A stretch of DNA of 63,885 nt, filler included, from Olpidium bornovanus S191 (Eukaryota > Fungi > Olpidiomycota), in the NCBI GenBank assembly GCA_017911155.1. It is 28 parts of 28 records of this genome, joined end to end, with 100 filler letters (N's around TTAATTAATTAA, not from the genome) between each part and the next. Parts side by side here need not be neighbours in the genome. Positions count along the whole stretch, not along the records: positions 47,768 to 48,770 come from JAEFCI010003045.1; positions 48,871 to 50,124 come from JAEFCI010008297.1; positions 50,225 to 52,908 come from JAEFCI010012084.1; positions 53,009 to 54,543 come from JAEFCI010012249.1; positions 54,644 to 56,676 come from JAEFCI010011938.1; positions 56,777 to 58,584 come from JAEFCI010009687.1; positions 58,685 to 62,754 come from JAEFCI010002121.1; 21 more parts are not named here. One strand, 5' to 3'. Shown one piece after another: positions 48,147 to 61,677 of this stretch. The notes beneath the pieces were generated by a model. The model was given only the letters and a program-made list of their open reading frames with translations. It was not told the DNA's origin and ran no database searches. Positions within the stretch are counted from its first letter, which is position 1. Every line of letters begins with the position of its first letter. The translations under genes were made by a program, and so were the position numbers.

Positions 48147-48770
48147 ATGACTCTCGCCATGAACTTCTGTCGCCTGTCGCTTTTGGCGGCGCTTGTTCTC
48201 GACGCCGCCGTCTGCCATGCCGCCCCGGTGCAGAACGACCCCGCGGACTTCCCGTTCGAAGACGTTCAGGCGACTTCCATGATGAAGCGGAGCTTGTCGT
48301 CGATCACGAAATACCTCGGAACGCCGTTTTCCCAGGCACCATATTCTCCAGATAACGCCGCAGCATTTTCTTCCACGGCGGCTAAGCACTTGGCCTCGAA
48401 CGACAAACTCTCAACCTTGTTCGTTAAACACCAAAATGCGCTCATGAAATCGGAGGCAAAGATAAACCAAGCCACCGAACAAATTTTGCGCCTCCAGGGG
48501 AAGACGGACAAGGCCTCCCTTCAACTGGTAAAGAAAGCAAAGGCCGCCAGGGATGACGCCATCAAAGCTGCAGCCGCGCATTTTGACGCCCTGCAAAATA
48601 CCGCCAGGCGACTGAACTCCGGTGTGGCTAAAGCTTCCCAGGCGCCGAAGGCGCCCGGCAAAGTTGGTTTCGAATCCGGTTCACCTCCAGTGGTCCGCAA
48701 AGTTGGTTTCAAACCCGGACCACCTCAAGTGGTGGCTGGTGCCCGGCTGACCAAAGCCGAGTCGGACATG
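48147..48770 (+). CDS. Intronless secreted hypothetical protein (signal peptide, KR site, Ala/Lys-rich helices); 3' truncated
   Basis: MNFCRLSLLAALVLDAAVCHA|APVQ; MMKR; 208-codon open frame to the contig end. Confidence 0.75.
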
Positions 48771-48879
48771 NNNNNNNNNNNNNNNNNNNNNNNNNNNNNN
48801 NNNNNNNNNNNNNNTTAATTAATTAANNNNNNNNNNNNNNNNNNNNNNNNNNNNNNNNNNNNNNNNNNNNCAAATATCG

Positions 48880-48916
<37 letters not shown>

Positions 48917-48945
48917 AAAAAAAGACATTATTTCAATAAAATAAT

Positions 48946-50124
48946 ATGCGACCTGCCGCCGCGCCGCGCACCGCCGCGTCCCTGTCGCAACGAGCTCGCC
49001 GGGCCGACCAGAGAGGGCGCGGCCGCGGCGCTCCGGAGGGCAACGCCGCCGTCCGCCGGCGCGGCCGGAAGAAGGAAGCGAGCGCTTCGGACGAAGACGA
49101 GCATGTCGCCGGCGGGCGCCGCGGCCGGCTTTTGGAGCGGGAGAGCGGGGCGGAGGAGGCGGTGGTAGCCGGAGGGGCCCGCTCGGACGGAGGAGCTCCG
49201 GAGGAACAGAACGGCGCGCGCGGCGGCGGCCTCGAAGGGGGCGGCGCGGACGCGAGCGGTGACGGGCGCGAGGGCGAAGCCGGCGGAGGCGCCGGGCCGA
49301 GGCCGCCGCAAAGTGAGCGGCCGAGCTCGTCGTCGCCCGGCTCCCAGGCGTCGGGGACTGAATTGCAGACGACGACCTTCGCGGCCCTTGGCCTTGATAA
49401 GTGGCTGGTAGACGCTCTGGCGGCCATGTCTATCAGGCGCCCCACCGAAATCCAATGCGCTTGCATCTTACCGACCGTCCAAGGTGAGGAGGACTTCTGG
49501 CGTTGGAACGTTTCCTTGGACTCGACATGCAATACGAACCGGCCCTTCTGCGGGGCCGACCGCTGGAACGACGGTGGCTCGGGCGGTTGTCGAGGGCTCT
49601 GCGCTGAGCCCGTTTGTCTATCGCGCTTTACCCCAGGGCGAGACGTCATTGGTAACGCGAAAACCGGGTCCGGTAAAACTGCTGCGTTCGCATTGCCCAT
49701 TCTGCAAAAGTTGAGCGAAGACCCTTACGGTATCTTCGCGTTGGTGTTGACGCCAACGAGGTATGCATGTATTTCCGGGGTTACGGCCCTGTCCTGGCCC
49801 CTCCGACTTACGATCGCCGGACTTGCTTTGTCCTCTGCAGGGAACTCGCTTTTCAAATCAACGAGCAGTTTACGGTACTTGGAAAGACCATAGGCCTGAG
49901 AAGTTGTGTCGTTGTGGGAGGCATGGGTGCGTCCGTGAGGATTTGCCTGAAGCGCGTTTCTCCCTGTTATTGGCGTCTAAGTTCGGAACCGCTCTTCGCC
50001 AGACATGGTCGCGCAAGCTATAGCTCTGCAGAAGCTGCCGCATATCGTCATTGCGACTCCCGGGCGGCTCGTAGACCATATCAACAGCCACGGAAGCGGT
50101 GCTGTGAGATTAGGAAAAGTGCGG
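48946..50124 (+). CDS. DBP8: DEAD-box RNA helicase Dbp8/DDX49, N-terminal part
   Basis: [70 protein letters not shown]; start codon uncertain. Confidence 0.92.
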
Positions 50125-50224
50125 NNNNNNNNNNNNNNNNNNNNNNNNNNNNNNNNNNNNNNNNNNNNTTAATTAATTAANNNNNNNNNNNNNNNNNNNN
50201 NNNNNNNNNNNNNNNNNNNNNNNN

Positions 50225-51031
<807 letters not shown>

Positions 51032-51699
51032 CCCCTAGCGGTTACCGGTGCCGGAAAAAAAGGGGGGGGGGGGGGGTGCGGTCCATATTTAATGGCGTGT
51101 GGCGTGCGCGTTCGTGAAACAGTTCCCGGTTTTTGCGAATGTTCAGCTTATTGCTCGACTTTGCTGAATCCGACTTTCGCTTCTACGTCGCCGAATCTGT
51201 CCGGCGGTATCTCCTCTCATGCTAAGTGCGAAGTTCTGGACGGTTTCCGCTGCTGCCCTGCTTGTTGCGGGCGTCGAACATCGCGAGAGTAAATTCCGCG
51301 CGACTGTGGTAGTCAAATCATTCACGTGATCACGGTCGAACGCTGACGAGCAACGCGACCGCCCGAGTCGTAAAATATCCTTCAAACACCTTTTCCGGCA
51401 ACGACCTCAGGTCGCCCGGAACGGTAAATACTGTAAGAAAACCACCTGCGGTACTCACAGCCGGACGACTCTCCAGTGACGTTGCCCCTACAGTATATAT
51501 AAATAATAGCCTACACATAAATAATTTATACAGGTGTAAATATATTGTTCAACTCTTAATAATCCTCCCCCCCTTCCCTCTCCTGGCCGACGCTGCCCAG
51601 GTTGCGGCGAACATCAAACTCGACAGTTCTGGCTGTCCGCCCCCCCCCCCCTTGCCCCGGGCCGGACAGGCAAACCGCGCGGGGGGGGGGGGGGGGGTG

Positions 51700-51743
<44 letters not shown>

Positions 51744-51772
51744 CCGTCGCCCCGCGTTTATGTATGTAAAAG

Positions 51773-52505
51773 ATGGTACCGAGGCGTCGCTGGAAGTGTA
51801 TCCTCCGAACGGCATCCTGCCCTTCCGAGGGCTAGCACAGTTGGCGGCTCCGTTTTGCTTTACAAGCAGAGGCACGGACGACGCATACTTGCTTTTCCGC
51901 GAGGCTTACGCGAGGTGTGTACGATTAACGAATTGTGAAAACATTCAACTCTTCTCGAATTCGGCCATCTAATATTTGGGAGGTGGGGGCGATGTGGGGG
52001 GCACTGCAACAAGCTATTTTTGCCACATACACACCCTCTCCTCCCACGCGGGGGGCATCATCGCTCTACTTTCCCGGTTCGAAACACTTCTGCAGCGTAC
52101 GGACCCGCAGGTGTACTTCCACCTGCGACACGGCCTTGCCTCGTCGCCGATCAAGTACGCCCACACCTGGATATCGCGCGCCTTCGTCGGCACCCTCGAG
52201 TCCGAGCAGGTGCTATGCTTATGGGATCGCATTTTCGGGTACGGCGGCGTCTCGGCCGAGTGCGGGCTCGATCTTCTCCCGATTACCGCCGCGGCTCTGT
52301 TTGTGTGGAGGAGGGCGGAGCTCCTGGCGGCCGAGAACGAGAGGGAGGTCGAGGTGGGTTTGGAAAGTCCGCCTGTGTGTTCCGCGCCCACCGACCCGGC
52401 TTCACACGCCCTTTAAACCTTTTTTCATTCCAGACTGCTTTCGGCGATGTCCAAAGTATTGGTGTGGTACCCCTTTTACAGTATTTCTTATTCCATACCG
52501 CCTAG
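51773..52505 (+). CDS. TBC1D19: TBC1D19-like protein, C-terminal part
   Basis: VYPPNGILPFRGL...APFCF; HTLSSHAGGIIALLSRFETLLQ; WISRAFVGTL..EQVLCLWDRIFGY; VPLLQYFLF. Confidence 0.85.
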
Positions 52506-53032
52506 CGTTAATGAGCCGGTTTCGAAAAACGACCACGAATCTTCTGCGCTTGAACGTCTGACAACGCGACGAATCAGCGTTGCGGGCGTGTTGTTCTCTG
52601 TCTGCACCGATGTTAGTAACCAATCTAGGGGATTGCTGAAAGGTTCTCCGAGGAGGACATCCTCCAGGGCAAACGAATGATTTCGTCCCTGGTCTGCGAT
52701 TCCGACGCCCGGGTTTTCGCAATTTCAGCATTGGACTACGCGTCGCAGATATCCCGAATCCGAGTTCGTTGATCACTGGGTAATCTCCATGGAAAACGGC
52801 AAAATTGCACGGGTGCAATTTTTTTCCCTTCCTGTGTTCGCGAAATCAATGCTGGATGTCAGGGTCAGTTTCGCCTGATGTCAGCTTCCCGCAAATAGCA
52901 CCCCCCCCNNNNNNNNNNNNNNNNNNNNNNNNNNNNNNNNNNNNNNNNNNNNTTAATTAATTAANNNNNNNNNNNNNNNNNNNNNNNNNNNNNNNNNNNN
53001 NNNNNNNNCATGAGCAGGAGAACAAGAGGCCC

Positions 53033-54541
53033 CTAGGAAAGAGAGAGGAAGAAGTGACATTGGTCAAAGGCACAATCAGCAAACCCCTTGGAAAAACTGT
53101 TGGGCACCCAAATTCCCTCCTTCTCCCGACTGCATTTTGCCAATTGTTCACAAAAAAAAGTTTTGTTCCCTACCAGATCATAACAGAGGTACTGCGAAGA
53201 GAACAATTGAGGCAATGTGAGTTTGGCAGGACAAAACCAGGTGCAACCGACCACATGGCACAAACAAAAAAGGTGAAAAAAGGCACCCATGAAAATTTCA
53301 CATTCCCCAAAAAGCCCAGCCAAAAAATTGCTTACGTAATTCTTATCAAGCATGTCCTTGATCTGCTGCTGGAAAGCATGCTCTGACTCCAGCAACCTGC
53401 CAGAGCTCTTGTCGACGCAGAGCAGCAGCATGCAAGCCTCCCGCTTCTCAAGTGCAAAGTGTGCCTTCGAGAACTGAAGTTCCCCGTACTCAGCAGATTT
53501 CTTGGCCGGCGACTCTAGTACCAAGGGGAGCATCGACAAGATGTGTCTGGGCCAAAAAATAACGGACAGCCAAGAACAGACATGAGTCAGAATAGGAGTT
53601 TTAAACTCCTGAAGGGTCAGGACGTCCGCGAAGTTCATGACGAGCACTGAAGACTTTTCGGGAAAACAAGCGGCCCGAAAAGAAGGGTATGAAACTTACG
53701 CGTGCTCGATTGGGTCGGTGGATATCCCCGCCTGGCCGCCCTGCTTTCCGATCATCGGGAAAGCCAAAGCGTCGAACGCCGATCCTGCCGTTGTCCAGAT
53801 CTGTCCTTTCCACCTAGTCATCTGCTTCAACTCCCGATGGAGCGTGAGGTCCGGCGAAACGGTTGGGATCGGCTCCGCCGAGGCGCAGTGGGGCCGAGCA
53901 GCAGGTGTCGCAAACGCGCGTACGTGGGAGTCGGCTGCACCAGTCGAAGGTCGGGCCCCGGTCGTCGTCGTCATCGCGGACTCGTTTCCGACACAGGGGA
54001 TGGGATCCGGACTCGATTGCACCGAACCAGGCTCGTTCGACAGCGGAAAAGCGCCGTTGTGCGTTGCACGGAGCCCGGGCGTCTGGGTTGCCACCGGCCC
54101 CGGCTCCCTAACAGTGCTCTCGGCGTTCGACAGCCCCGAGGGAAGCGGCACCTCTTCGGCTAATGAGTCGACCGTGTGAGCGCGGGTCTCCAGAGATGCA
54201 CTTTTACCGCCGCTCTGGACCAATGCACCGGCCAGCGGAGTCGGACTACCGCAGAGCGGCACCGCTGTCTCTTCTGGCTGACGCGTCGCCGGCGGCGCGC
54301 ATGCCATTGATTCGGATCCGTTCTGTTGCGCTGAGTCATAGGAAGCGGCCGCACCAGGCGACAAAAACGACCCCTGCACAGCTTCCGGAGAAGCAAACGC
54401 CGCACTGTGGGAGTCCGGCGGCGCATGCTCGGCGTGAACTGACGTCGATTGCGGTGCCCGCTGCGGCCCAGGGAACCTAAAGGTCTCCGAACCAGAACCA
54501 AAGCCCGCGCCTGCGGTTCCCTCGTCCGGTTCTTTGGCCAA
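53033..54541 (-). CDS. Hypothetical protein fragment (low-complexity region followed by a possibly SPOC-like domain)
   Basis: Open frames linked by a GT-AG intron; RWKGQIW...ALAFPMIG and ELQFSKAHFALEKREACMLL loosely resemble SPOC motifs. Confidence 0.45.
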
Positions 54542-54643
54542 CANNNNNNNNNNNNNNNNNNNNNNNNNNNNNNNNNNNNNNNNNNNNTTAATTAATTAAN
54601 NNNNNNNNNNNNNNNNNNNNNNNNNNNNNNNNNNNNNNNNNNN

Positions 54644-55584
54644 CATGCCCTCGGGCACGGCGACCAAGGTGAGCTTTGTGTAGAAGCGGCTTTTTTGGCA
54701 CATTCTACTCGGTCTTGCCGCCAACGACTACCCCTTGTGTCAATTTCGATCAGCCCGGTGACGTCGTGGTCGCAAGCAATGGGAAGTCCGTTGAGGTATT
54801 GTAACGCGTCGCCTTCTTCTTTGCCTTGTCTTTTTGGGGCTGGTTGTCACCCACAGGAACCCCGCTGCTCACTGATGTATTTTTACCCCGCAAGGTCGAC
54901 AACACGGACGCAGAAGGACGGTTGATCTTGGCTGATGCGCTGGTGCATGCGTGCAAAGAGTACAAACCCTCCGTCGTCGTGGACGTGGCAACGCTGACCG
55001 GCGCGATGGCGGTTGCCCTGGGGCCTGCCTTTTCCGGCGTGTTCTGCACCTCCGACACCCTCTGGGAGCGCTTGAGGCTCGCGGGCTTGCGCACCGGCGA
55101 CAGATTCTGGAGAATGCCGTTCGACGACGTGTACACGAAGATGACGTCCAAGTCGACGGTCGCGGACCTCGTCAACTCCGCCGGCAGGGAGGGCGGCGCC
55201 TGCACCGCCGCGGCGTTCCTGCGCGAGTTTGTCTCCCCGCTTCCAAAGAGCTCCTCGGGCGAGGGCGTCCTAGACCAGAACACCGCCGCGGACGGCGACG
55301 AGTCCGAGGCGGCAGAACGTTTCGTGAGCTACGCGCACGTCGACATCGCGGGGACGATGCATTCCAGTAACTCCGAGGGATATCAGTTCCAGGGAATGTC
55401 GGGTGCGTTTTTCCCGCGAAGTTGAAAAATGGTTTATCCCGGGCATTGTGAAAAGGGCTTTCCCCCCTTCGATGCTGACTTTTCCACGTGTTTCGCCTTC
55501 CCGCTTCGTTTGAAAGGCCGGCCGACGAGGGCACTCATCGAGTTTATGCGTCAATCAGCTCAGGAAGGATGGTTGGGCCGCTAG
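54644..55584 (+). CDS. Leucyl aminopeptidase (M17), C-terminal part
   Basis: PGDVVVASNGKSVE/VDNTDAEGRLILADAL, DVATLTGA, WRMPF, GACTAAAFLREFV, AHVDIAG, G/RPTRALIEF. Confidence 0.95.
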
Positions 55585-55971
55585 TCGTTTGCACCAATAT
55601 AGAAATACTCCGGGCTCAGCATCCTCCCTATTTTTGCTCGAATTCGTGCCGCCCGGCCGTGGTCGAAGTCGCCGTCCCCCGGCTGATTTTGGGTTGCGCC
55701 AACTCAGGGACCGGTCTTTTTTTTTTTTTTTTTTTTTTTTTTTTCGGTCTGAGCATAAGCGTGCGCACGCACAAGTTGTTCATGACGTCATTTCTTGCGA
55801 GCCTTTGAGAGTGCCGCGAGATCCGTTCTTTCGGTTTGGCGTGCGTAAAAGTAACGGAGCGTCTGTTAGTGTTGTCATCAGTTGCCATCCCCGCCGTTGC
55901 AAAAACACTTCACGGATTATGAGCCGGAGGCTTTTCACCCCGCAGTCCCCCCCCGCCTCCGCCGTAACGGC

Positions 55972-56177
55972 GGCCGACGCAACCTTGGAGAGGAAACATC
56001 CGAGCGTTGCCGACGCAGCCGTTTGAGAGCAACGCGCGCGTGTCCGACACGGCCGGGCAGAGGGAACCCGCGCGCCGCCGACACAGCCGCGGAAGAGGAA
56101 CCCGCGCGCTGCCGACGCTGCCATTGAGAGGAAAACAGACGCCGCCGACACGTCTGTTGCGGAGGAAACCCGTGCCA
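55972..56177 (+). repeat. Degenerate 33-36-bp minisatellite, about 6 units
   Basis: Units begin (G)CCGAC(A/G)C and carry GAG(A)GGAA-like cores. Confidence 0.6.
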
Positions 56178-56776
56178 CGACGCGCGGCGAAAACGGACGA
56201 GGACGTCACAGACCCCGCCGATGTGTGCCTACCAGACGCATATAGTGGAAAGGCAGGCAAGGCGCCCCGGTTCCGCTGGATGCCTCGGCGCTTTCTTGGA
56301 ACCCTGACCGCGGGGCGAATGGGTACCCCGAATTTCCACGCGCGCGAACTCTCATGGAGCACCAGTACAGCAGGCGGACGCGTCGTTGGCGGGCTGCCTC
56401 CAACCCCTCGCTGATATTCCAAACTACGACGGCGGAGGAGGTGGGGGCGGGGGGGGGGGGGGGGGGGGGACGGATTTGTAGAGAAACGTCGACACATACG
56501 ACCCTGACAACACAAAGCACCAGCGGGCGGAGAGTTCAACCAAAAAAGGTGGAAGAAGCTGCAGAAAAATTTCCACAAAGCGTTCGGCTAACCCGTCCGA
56601 GGAAGGTTCCTGTTGACGACGCAAGCACAGGGGCCGAGCCGGCAGCAGCTTTCCTCCGTTCGTCAAACCCCCCCCCNNNNNNNNNNNNNNNNNNNNNNNN
56701 NNNNNNNNNNNNNNNNNNNNTTAATTAATTAANNNNNNNNNNNNNNNNNNNNNNNNNNNNNNNNNNNNNNNNNNNN

Positions 56777-56830
56777 GGAAAGGACGGCAATGGCAGCGAG
56801 GACAGCGGAGAAGACGTAGTAGACCTTCAT
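56777..56830 (-). CDS. Signal peptide of a secreted protein cut by the contig end
   Basis: CAG|ACG ATG MKVYYVFSAVLAAIAVLS, preceded by an acceptor-like TTTCTACAG. Confidence 0.55.
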
Positions 56831-58684
56831 CGTCTGTAGAAATTGGCGGGTTGTCATTAATGGAAATACATCCATCATCACACCAGCTGTATCCATGTCT
56901 TTTTTTGATCGTGGGGCCCCCCCCCTACGTTGGACTTTTCTCGGAGCAGCAAGCGTGTCCGGTTAAGGCGTAATCGATCAATCTGCACGAAGTGTTTATA
57001 TCCGTTCTACAGCGCGGAGAGAGTGTTCGCCACCGTTCAACGGCGAAACGGCTCAAAAAAGCGCAAGCGGTTTCCGCTAAGCAGGGTCCAACCCGCAAAT
57101 CCTGGAGAACGTGCGGAGAACCTCAAGGTTACGCTTCCGCAAATGACATAGATTTGTTCAATGAGAACCGCGCACAACCAATTCTATATTCTGTGGTGGC
57201 GTATACGAGTGGGCACCCCGGCACACGGCACTTCCTCCCGAAAGATGGAGCGGCACAGTTGTTTGTGTCAGGTGTAGCCGCGTCTCCGGTCAAATCTTCT
57301 TTCGCATAAAGAAAAAATTTAGCCTGACAAATCAGCACGACAAGGGTTTGGCTGCAAGCCGTTACCATCCACACGGACGGTGATGGGATGGGGATTTATA
57401 CCAACAGACGACGTTAGGCAGGATAGGCGAACCGTCATCAAACGTTGGCGAGCGGACCAAACGAGACAATTGAATGGAGGACTCGCCAAATCCGGAAGCA
57501 GAAGCCGCCGTAACTGGGTCATCTAACCTTTCCAAACCATCAAGTGGCATGGTTTTTTAAATGCGAAAAAACCGGTGTGTGCTTGCAGCAGGCTTTGGCG
57601 CGGTGTGGCAATTTCCCCCTACTTCATGCTTACTTGGCGCCTGTCAGCCGCCGAGCGCAATCTGGCCGAGTGCCACCTAGAAGATTGTTGACCAAATTCT
57701 TCAAGCATGTAATGCGTCAAGTCCGCCACGAAGGTGGCCGTTAGCCTCTTGGTCAAGCAAACAGGGACATCCACAACGGACAAACCCGGAGGTGCGAGTG
57801 GGCCGGCGGGCCGAACCATCAAGAAAGAAATGAATTGTCGACGGGTGTTGTAAATGTTTAACGATCTCAACCGAACCGCTCTTATACATGCTAAGGGCAA
57901 AAGGACAGACTTCCCTTTCATCTGGCGAAGGATTTGTTACGTGGTAGAGGTGCTGGGACGCTTGAGCAGAGGTCTTTGCTACAGGTTTCTCGGTGACGAA
58001 TAACGGCATGTTGTGGAGAATTCGGCTTGGTGCCGCGGCGTCACCGGCAGGAATTTACAACAAAATTTCGGCTTGGCCGGGACGGGGCCCGGGTGCCCGA
58101 CGAGAAAGGTGGTGAGCGTTGCAGACAAAAAAAAAAAAAAAAAAAAAAAAAAAGGAAGACGGCTTTGACGGGGCCCGGGGCGCAGTATGCAGAGAAAGAC
58201 TCGGATGGAAATCGCCGTGCTCCACCCTGTCCGTGAGAAAAATAATTGCCTTACATCTATATGCTTGCAACAGGAGTGATGAACGGGATTCTCTCGGCCA
58301 CAAGCTTCGCGCCTCGGTTGTCTTCCATGACCAACGCTTTGCGCTTTGCGCCGGGCGGCCCGTCCTCCACGCTCAAGCTTATCCATGAGTTGGGGTGGAC
58401 AACTCCCTTGCTTTCGCAGCTTCGGCAATAACGACATAATCCCCCTGGGAACTGGCGATGACTCCCTTACTCCGCCAGCTGAAGGCGCCGCCCGCGAGCT
58501 AAAACACACAACCGCTCGTGGACTTCCGCGCCTCCTTACATTTCGCGTAGTCTGAGTCGCTGAATTTGACCAGACTTCCTCCCCNNNNNNNNNNNNNNNN
58601 NNNNNNNNNNNNNNNNNNNNNNNNNNNNTTAATTAATTAANNNNNNNNNNNNNNNNNNNNNNNNNNNNNNNNNNNNNNNNNNNN

Positions 58685-59222
58685 CATGTTGAAAACATCA
58701 CGGAAGTTGTACTTGGCAACCTTTGCACGAAGATCCAGGCAGAGCCTCGTCAATTGCACCATTGTCGGCTGATCCGCTTTCACCGTGGATGCGGACCGAG
58801 CGAGGCCTGTGGCGACACTGGAACTTTTGCAACCATCCAGCAGAGAAGTGGATGAATTCGGCTGGGATTCCAAGACTGTCGCCATAAGTCTTGGCTTTGG
58901 CTCGGATCAGATCCCCCGTAAGTGCAACTCCACAGCTCTGGCACTGCAGGACCCGGAATTCTACAGCTTCCTCCACGACGGAATGCTGAACAGTGCGTAG
59001 GCGCTTTGCGTTGAGCTTATCTCTATCCATTGCCTCTAGTTCCTGGCACTTCTTTAGAAAATTACAGACTGTCGCCTGCGTGATACCTTTCCCAGGAAGA
59101 TTGAATTCCGTCTTTGCCCAAGCAGCCAGTGACGTCTGTGTAATCGGTGGATTACTGTCCTTCTGACGACAGATCTGGCGCATCTGTTTGTATGTTTCGT
59201 ATGTGAGGTTGTACTGTGTCAT
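58685..59222 (-). mobile_element. pogo/Tigger transposase N-terminus (two HTH domains), frameshifted
   Basis: ITQTSLAAWAKTEFNL...TQATVCNFLK; LTGDLIRAKAK; FSAGWLQKFQCRH...IHGESGSAD; shift to YNFRDVFNM. Confidence 0.92.
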
Positions 59223-61677
59223 CTTCTTACAGCAGCTACTCTGGTAAGTGTAGTACCCTCCGGAGGGCAGAAAACGGGTTGACACATGTTTCCTGTGTTG
59301 CCAGATGGTGGAAAACACCTTAGTACACCCTGGGTGGTGTTGTGTCTGGGTGCCAACGAGATCTTGGTCTTCTGAAGGTGATTTTTCCAGGTTTTGTGGA
59401 AGGTTTGTGTTCTGGGAAGGAAGTTGCTGGGGGAAGAGGAGCTGCTGTGGTCCGTTTTTTTTGATTTTAAATAAATTGATTATTCGGCCCTATAATCCAC
59501 TACTTAATAACCTCTGATACCTTAAACATTTCAACCGGAACAGGGACTGTAAAGTATGAGAGGGACGACTGTATACACATACATATCCGGTTACTCCAGG
59601 ACGCGGAAAGGGGGAAATTAGACAACAGTCCACCAAACTAAGGTGATCACGAAGGAGAAAAGCAACGGCCGCCAAATGATTTGGCGATTGGCTCGAAGTA
59701 GCCATTAACGGATGCAATTCTTGGATAACTGTGTATTCGGTTCTCGCTGTACTTGGTATGCAGGGTGAAACCCGCAGGAGCTGTGCACAATTATTATTTA
59801 TTGCCTTACAGTGAGCGCCACAGCCGCTTCCAAAAGCTTCTAATGCGCGACGACGGATGGTAACGGGTCGGGATTTCAAGGTATTCGCGTTGAACTCATG
59901 ACCTGTTGCCGCGGATTGGCCTTCGTTGGGTTTTATTACTAAAATCATGCGCTCGGAAATAGGGAATATACGTAACAATACTGATCATCGTTGGACTTTG
60001 GGCTCATCACCACTTGGGAGAGCGGCTTCTCTCCCGCCCCCGGGGTTTGTATGGTTCTTTTTCATTTTTGTTTTCGCGAGGTGTTGCGGAAAGGGCCGAG
60101 TGCGTACGCTCCAAGTTCCGCAGCAAGCGGATGTGTGTCCCGAGTCGTGCCCGTTTTTTGCATTTACAACGTGAAAGAGGGGAAAAGCGGGCCGCACTCA
60201 AAGTTTTGTCGAATGTGTTTCCGTATCCGTAGAGCCGTGTAGTAAACTTTGCGCGTCAGCAATTTTTTCCTTATTTTTTTTTTTTTTTTTGTTTTTTTTT
60301 TTGTTATTCGTCCTGGACTTGCTGGAATTTCGGATCCTGGCCTCGGTACGGCGCTTTCCTCAATTCTTCCCGTTTACAACCGCGTGCGGGCAAGCCCGGC
60401 GTCGGCGGTGGGGAGGGGGAAGGGGGGGGGGATTGGGAAGTGGGGAAGGGGGTCGAAGCGGAGACAGCGCATCCAACGACGACCACGGCCGAGCCCCGTT
60501 GGACGGCCGACGGGGAAGTACATAAAAGGGACCAAGGCCCGAGCGGGGCGCTGCCAAGTCTGCCAGTGTCCGGGGGTGCAAACGAAGGGAGCGGGGGGCG
60601 GAAGCATTGGAAGGGGGGGGGAACAGCCGGACTGGGGGGGGGAACAGCCGGACTGGGGGGGGGACACGGGGGGCGGAAGAGCATCTTCTCCCCCAAAAGG
60701 GTAGGAGGGGTTTGCCTTTTGGGCGGGCGAGCGAGCGCTTTTCTTTTTCCCCTCCCGGCTCCTTTTCCCCTCCCTCCCCTTGCACCGCTTGCGCGCACCG
60801 CACGGGATGCCCCCCACCAACTTCCAACCCCCCCCTCCCCCCCGACGGCACGCTCTCTGCGGCGATACCTGTATCTAGCCTAGCCACTTTCTCAAAATAA
60901 ATCCAGTGTCAAAAGGGAGAAATGAGAAGAACCCCTGCAAGTCCCTTTGACACTGTCATCTACCCTCCCCGCCCCTCCCCTTGATCCCACACGCCATTCC
61001 GCGCCCGCTGCCCCTCGATTAGCGATCCGTGGCGGAAAAGGGAGAGGGAAAGGGGGGGGGGGGAGGTTAGAAGGGCTGAGAGCGGAGCGGCGCTTGTAGA
61101 CATCATCATCGCCATCCGCACGTCTCCTTCCAACCTGTGTCCACGCATACAAAAGGCGCCTTCTCGGCGCGTCCCCCCACCTCCCCCCCGCACTTTCCCC
61201 ACACACGCCACGTAAAATTGCCTCCTCGCCGGCGTCGCCTGCAGCCCACAGTCTCCCTCCGCCGCCTTCGGTCTGCCTGCCAGAATAAGAACAAGTCTTT
61301 GGCGGTGAGCAAGCGGGACAGGGGAGAGGAAGGGAGGGAGGGGGGATGGGACCGCGCCGAAGAGAGAGAGAGAGAGAAAACGGCAAAAACAGGGGAGAAA
61401 ATGGAGATTGGAAATAACCTTGGGGGGGGGTTTCTCCTTTTTTCCTACTTTTTGCTCTTTTTTTTTACTTTTTCCTCTTTTTCTTTTATCCTTCAATCTC
61501 CTTTTTTAATTTCATTTTTATCTGGGGGGGTTTTCTTTTCGTTTTTTCGCGTCTTTTTATTCTCTTTGCTTTTTCTTTCTTATTGTTGCAGAAGTTAAGT
61601 TTCACTTTGTTCTCTTTTTTTTTGGCCGTCTTTTTTTTTTACTTATTTTATTTTTTTCGCCCGCGTAACAGGCCGCC

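Noticed and set aside
51335-51365. CTGACGA hammerhead-like core (also checked in the short LTRs for retrozymes)
   Set aside because: No stem II followed by GAAA and no closing stems; no CTGANGA in the LTRs
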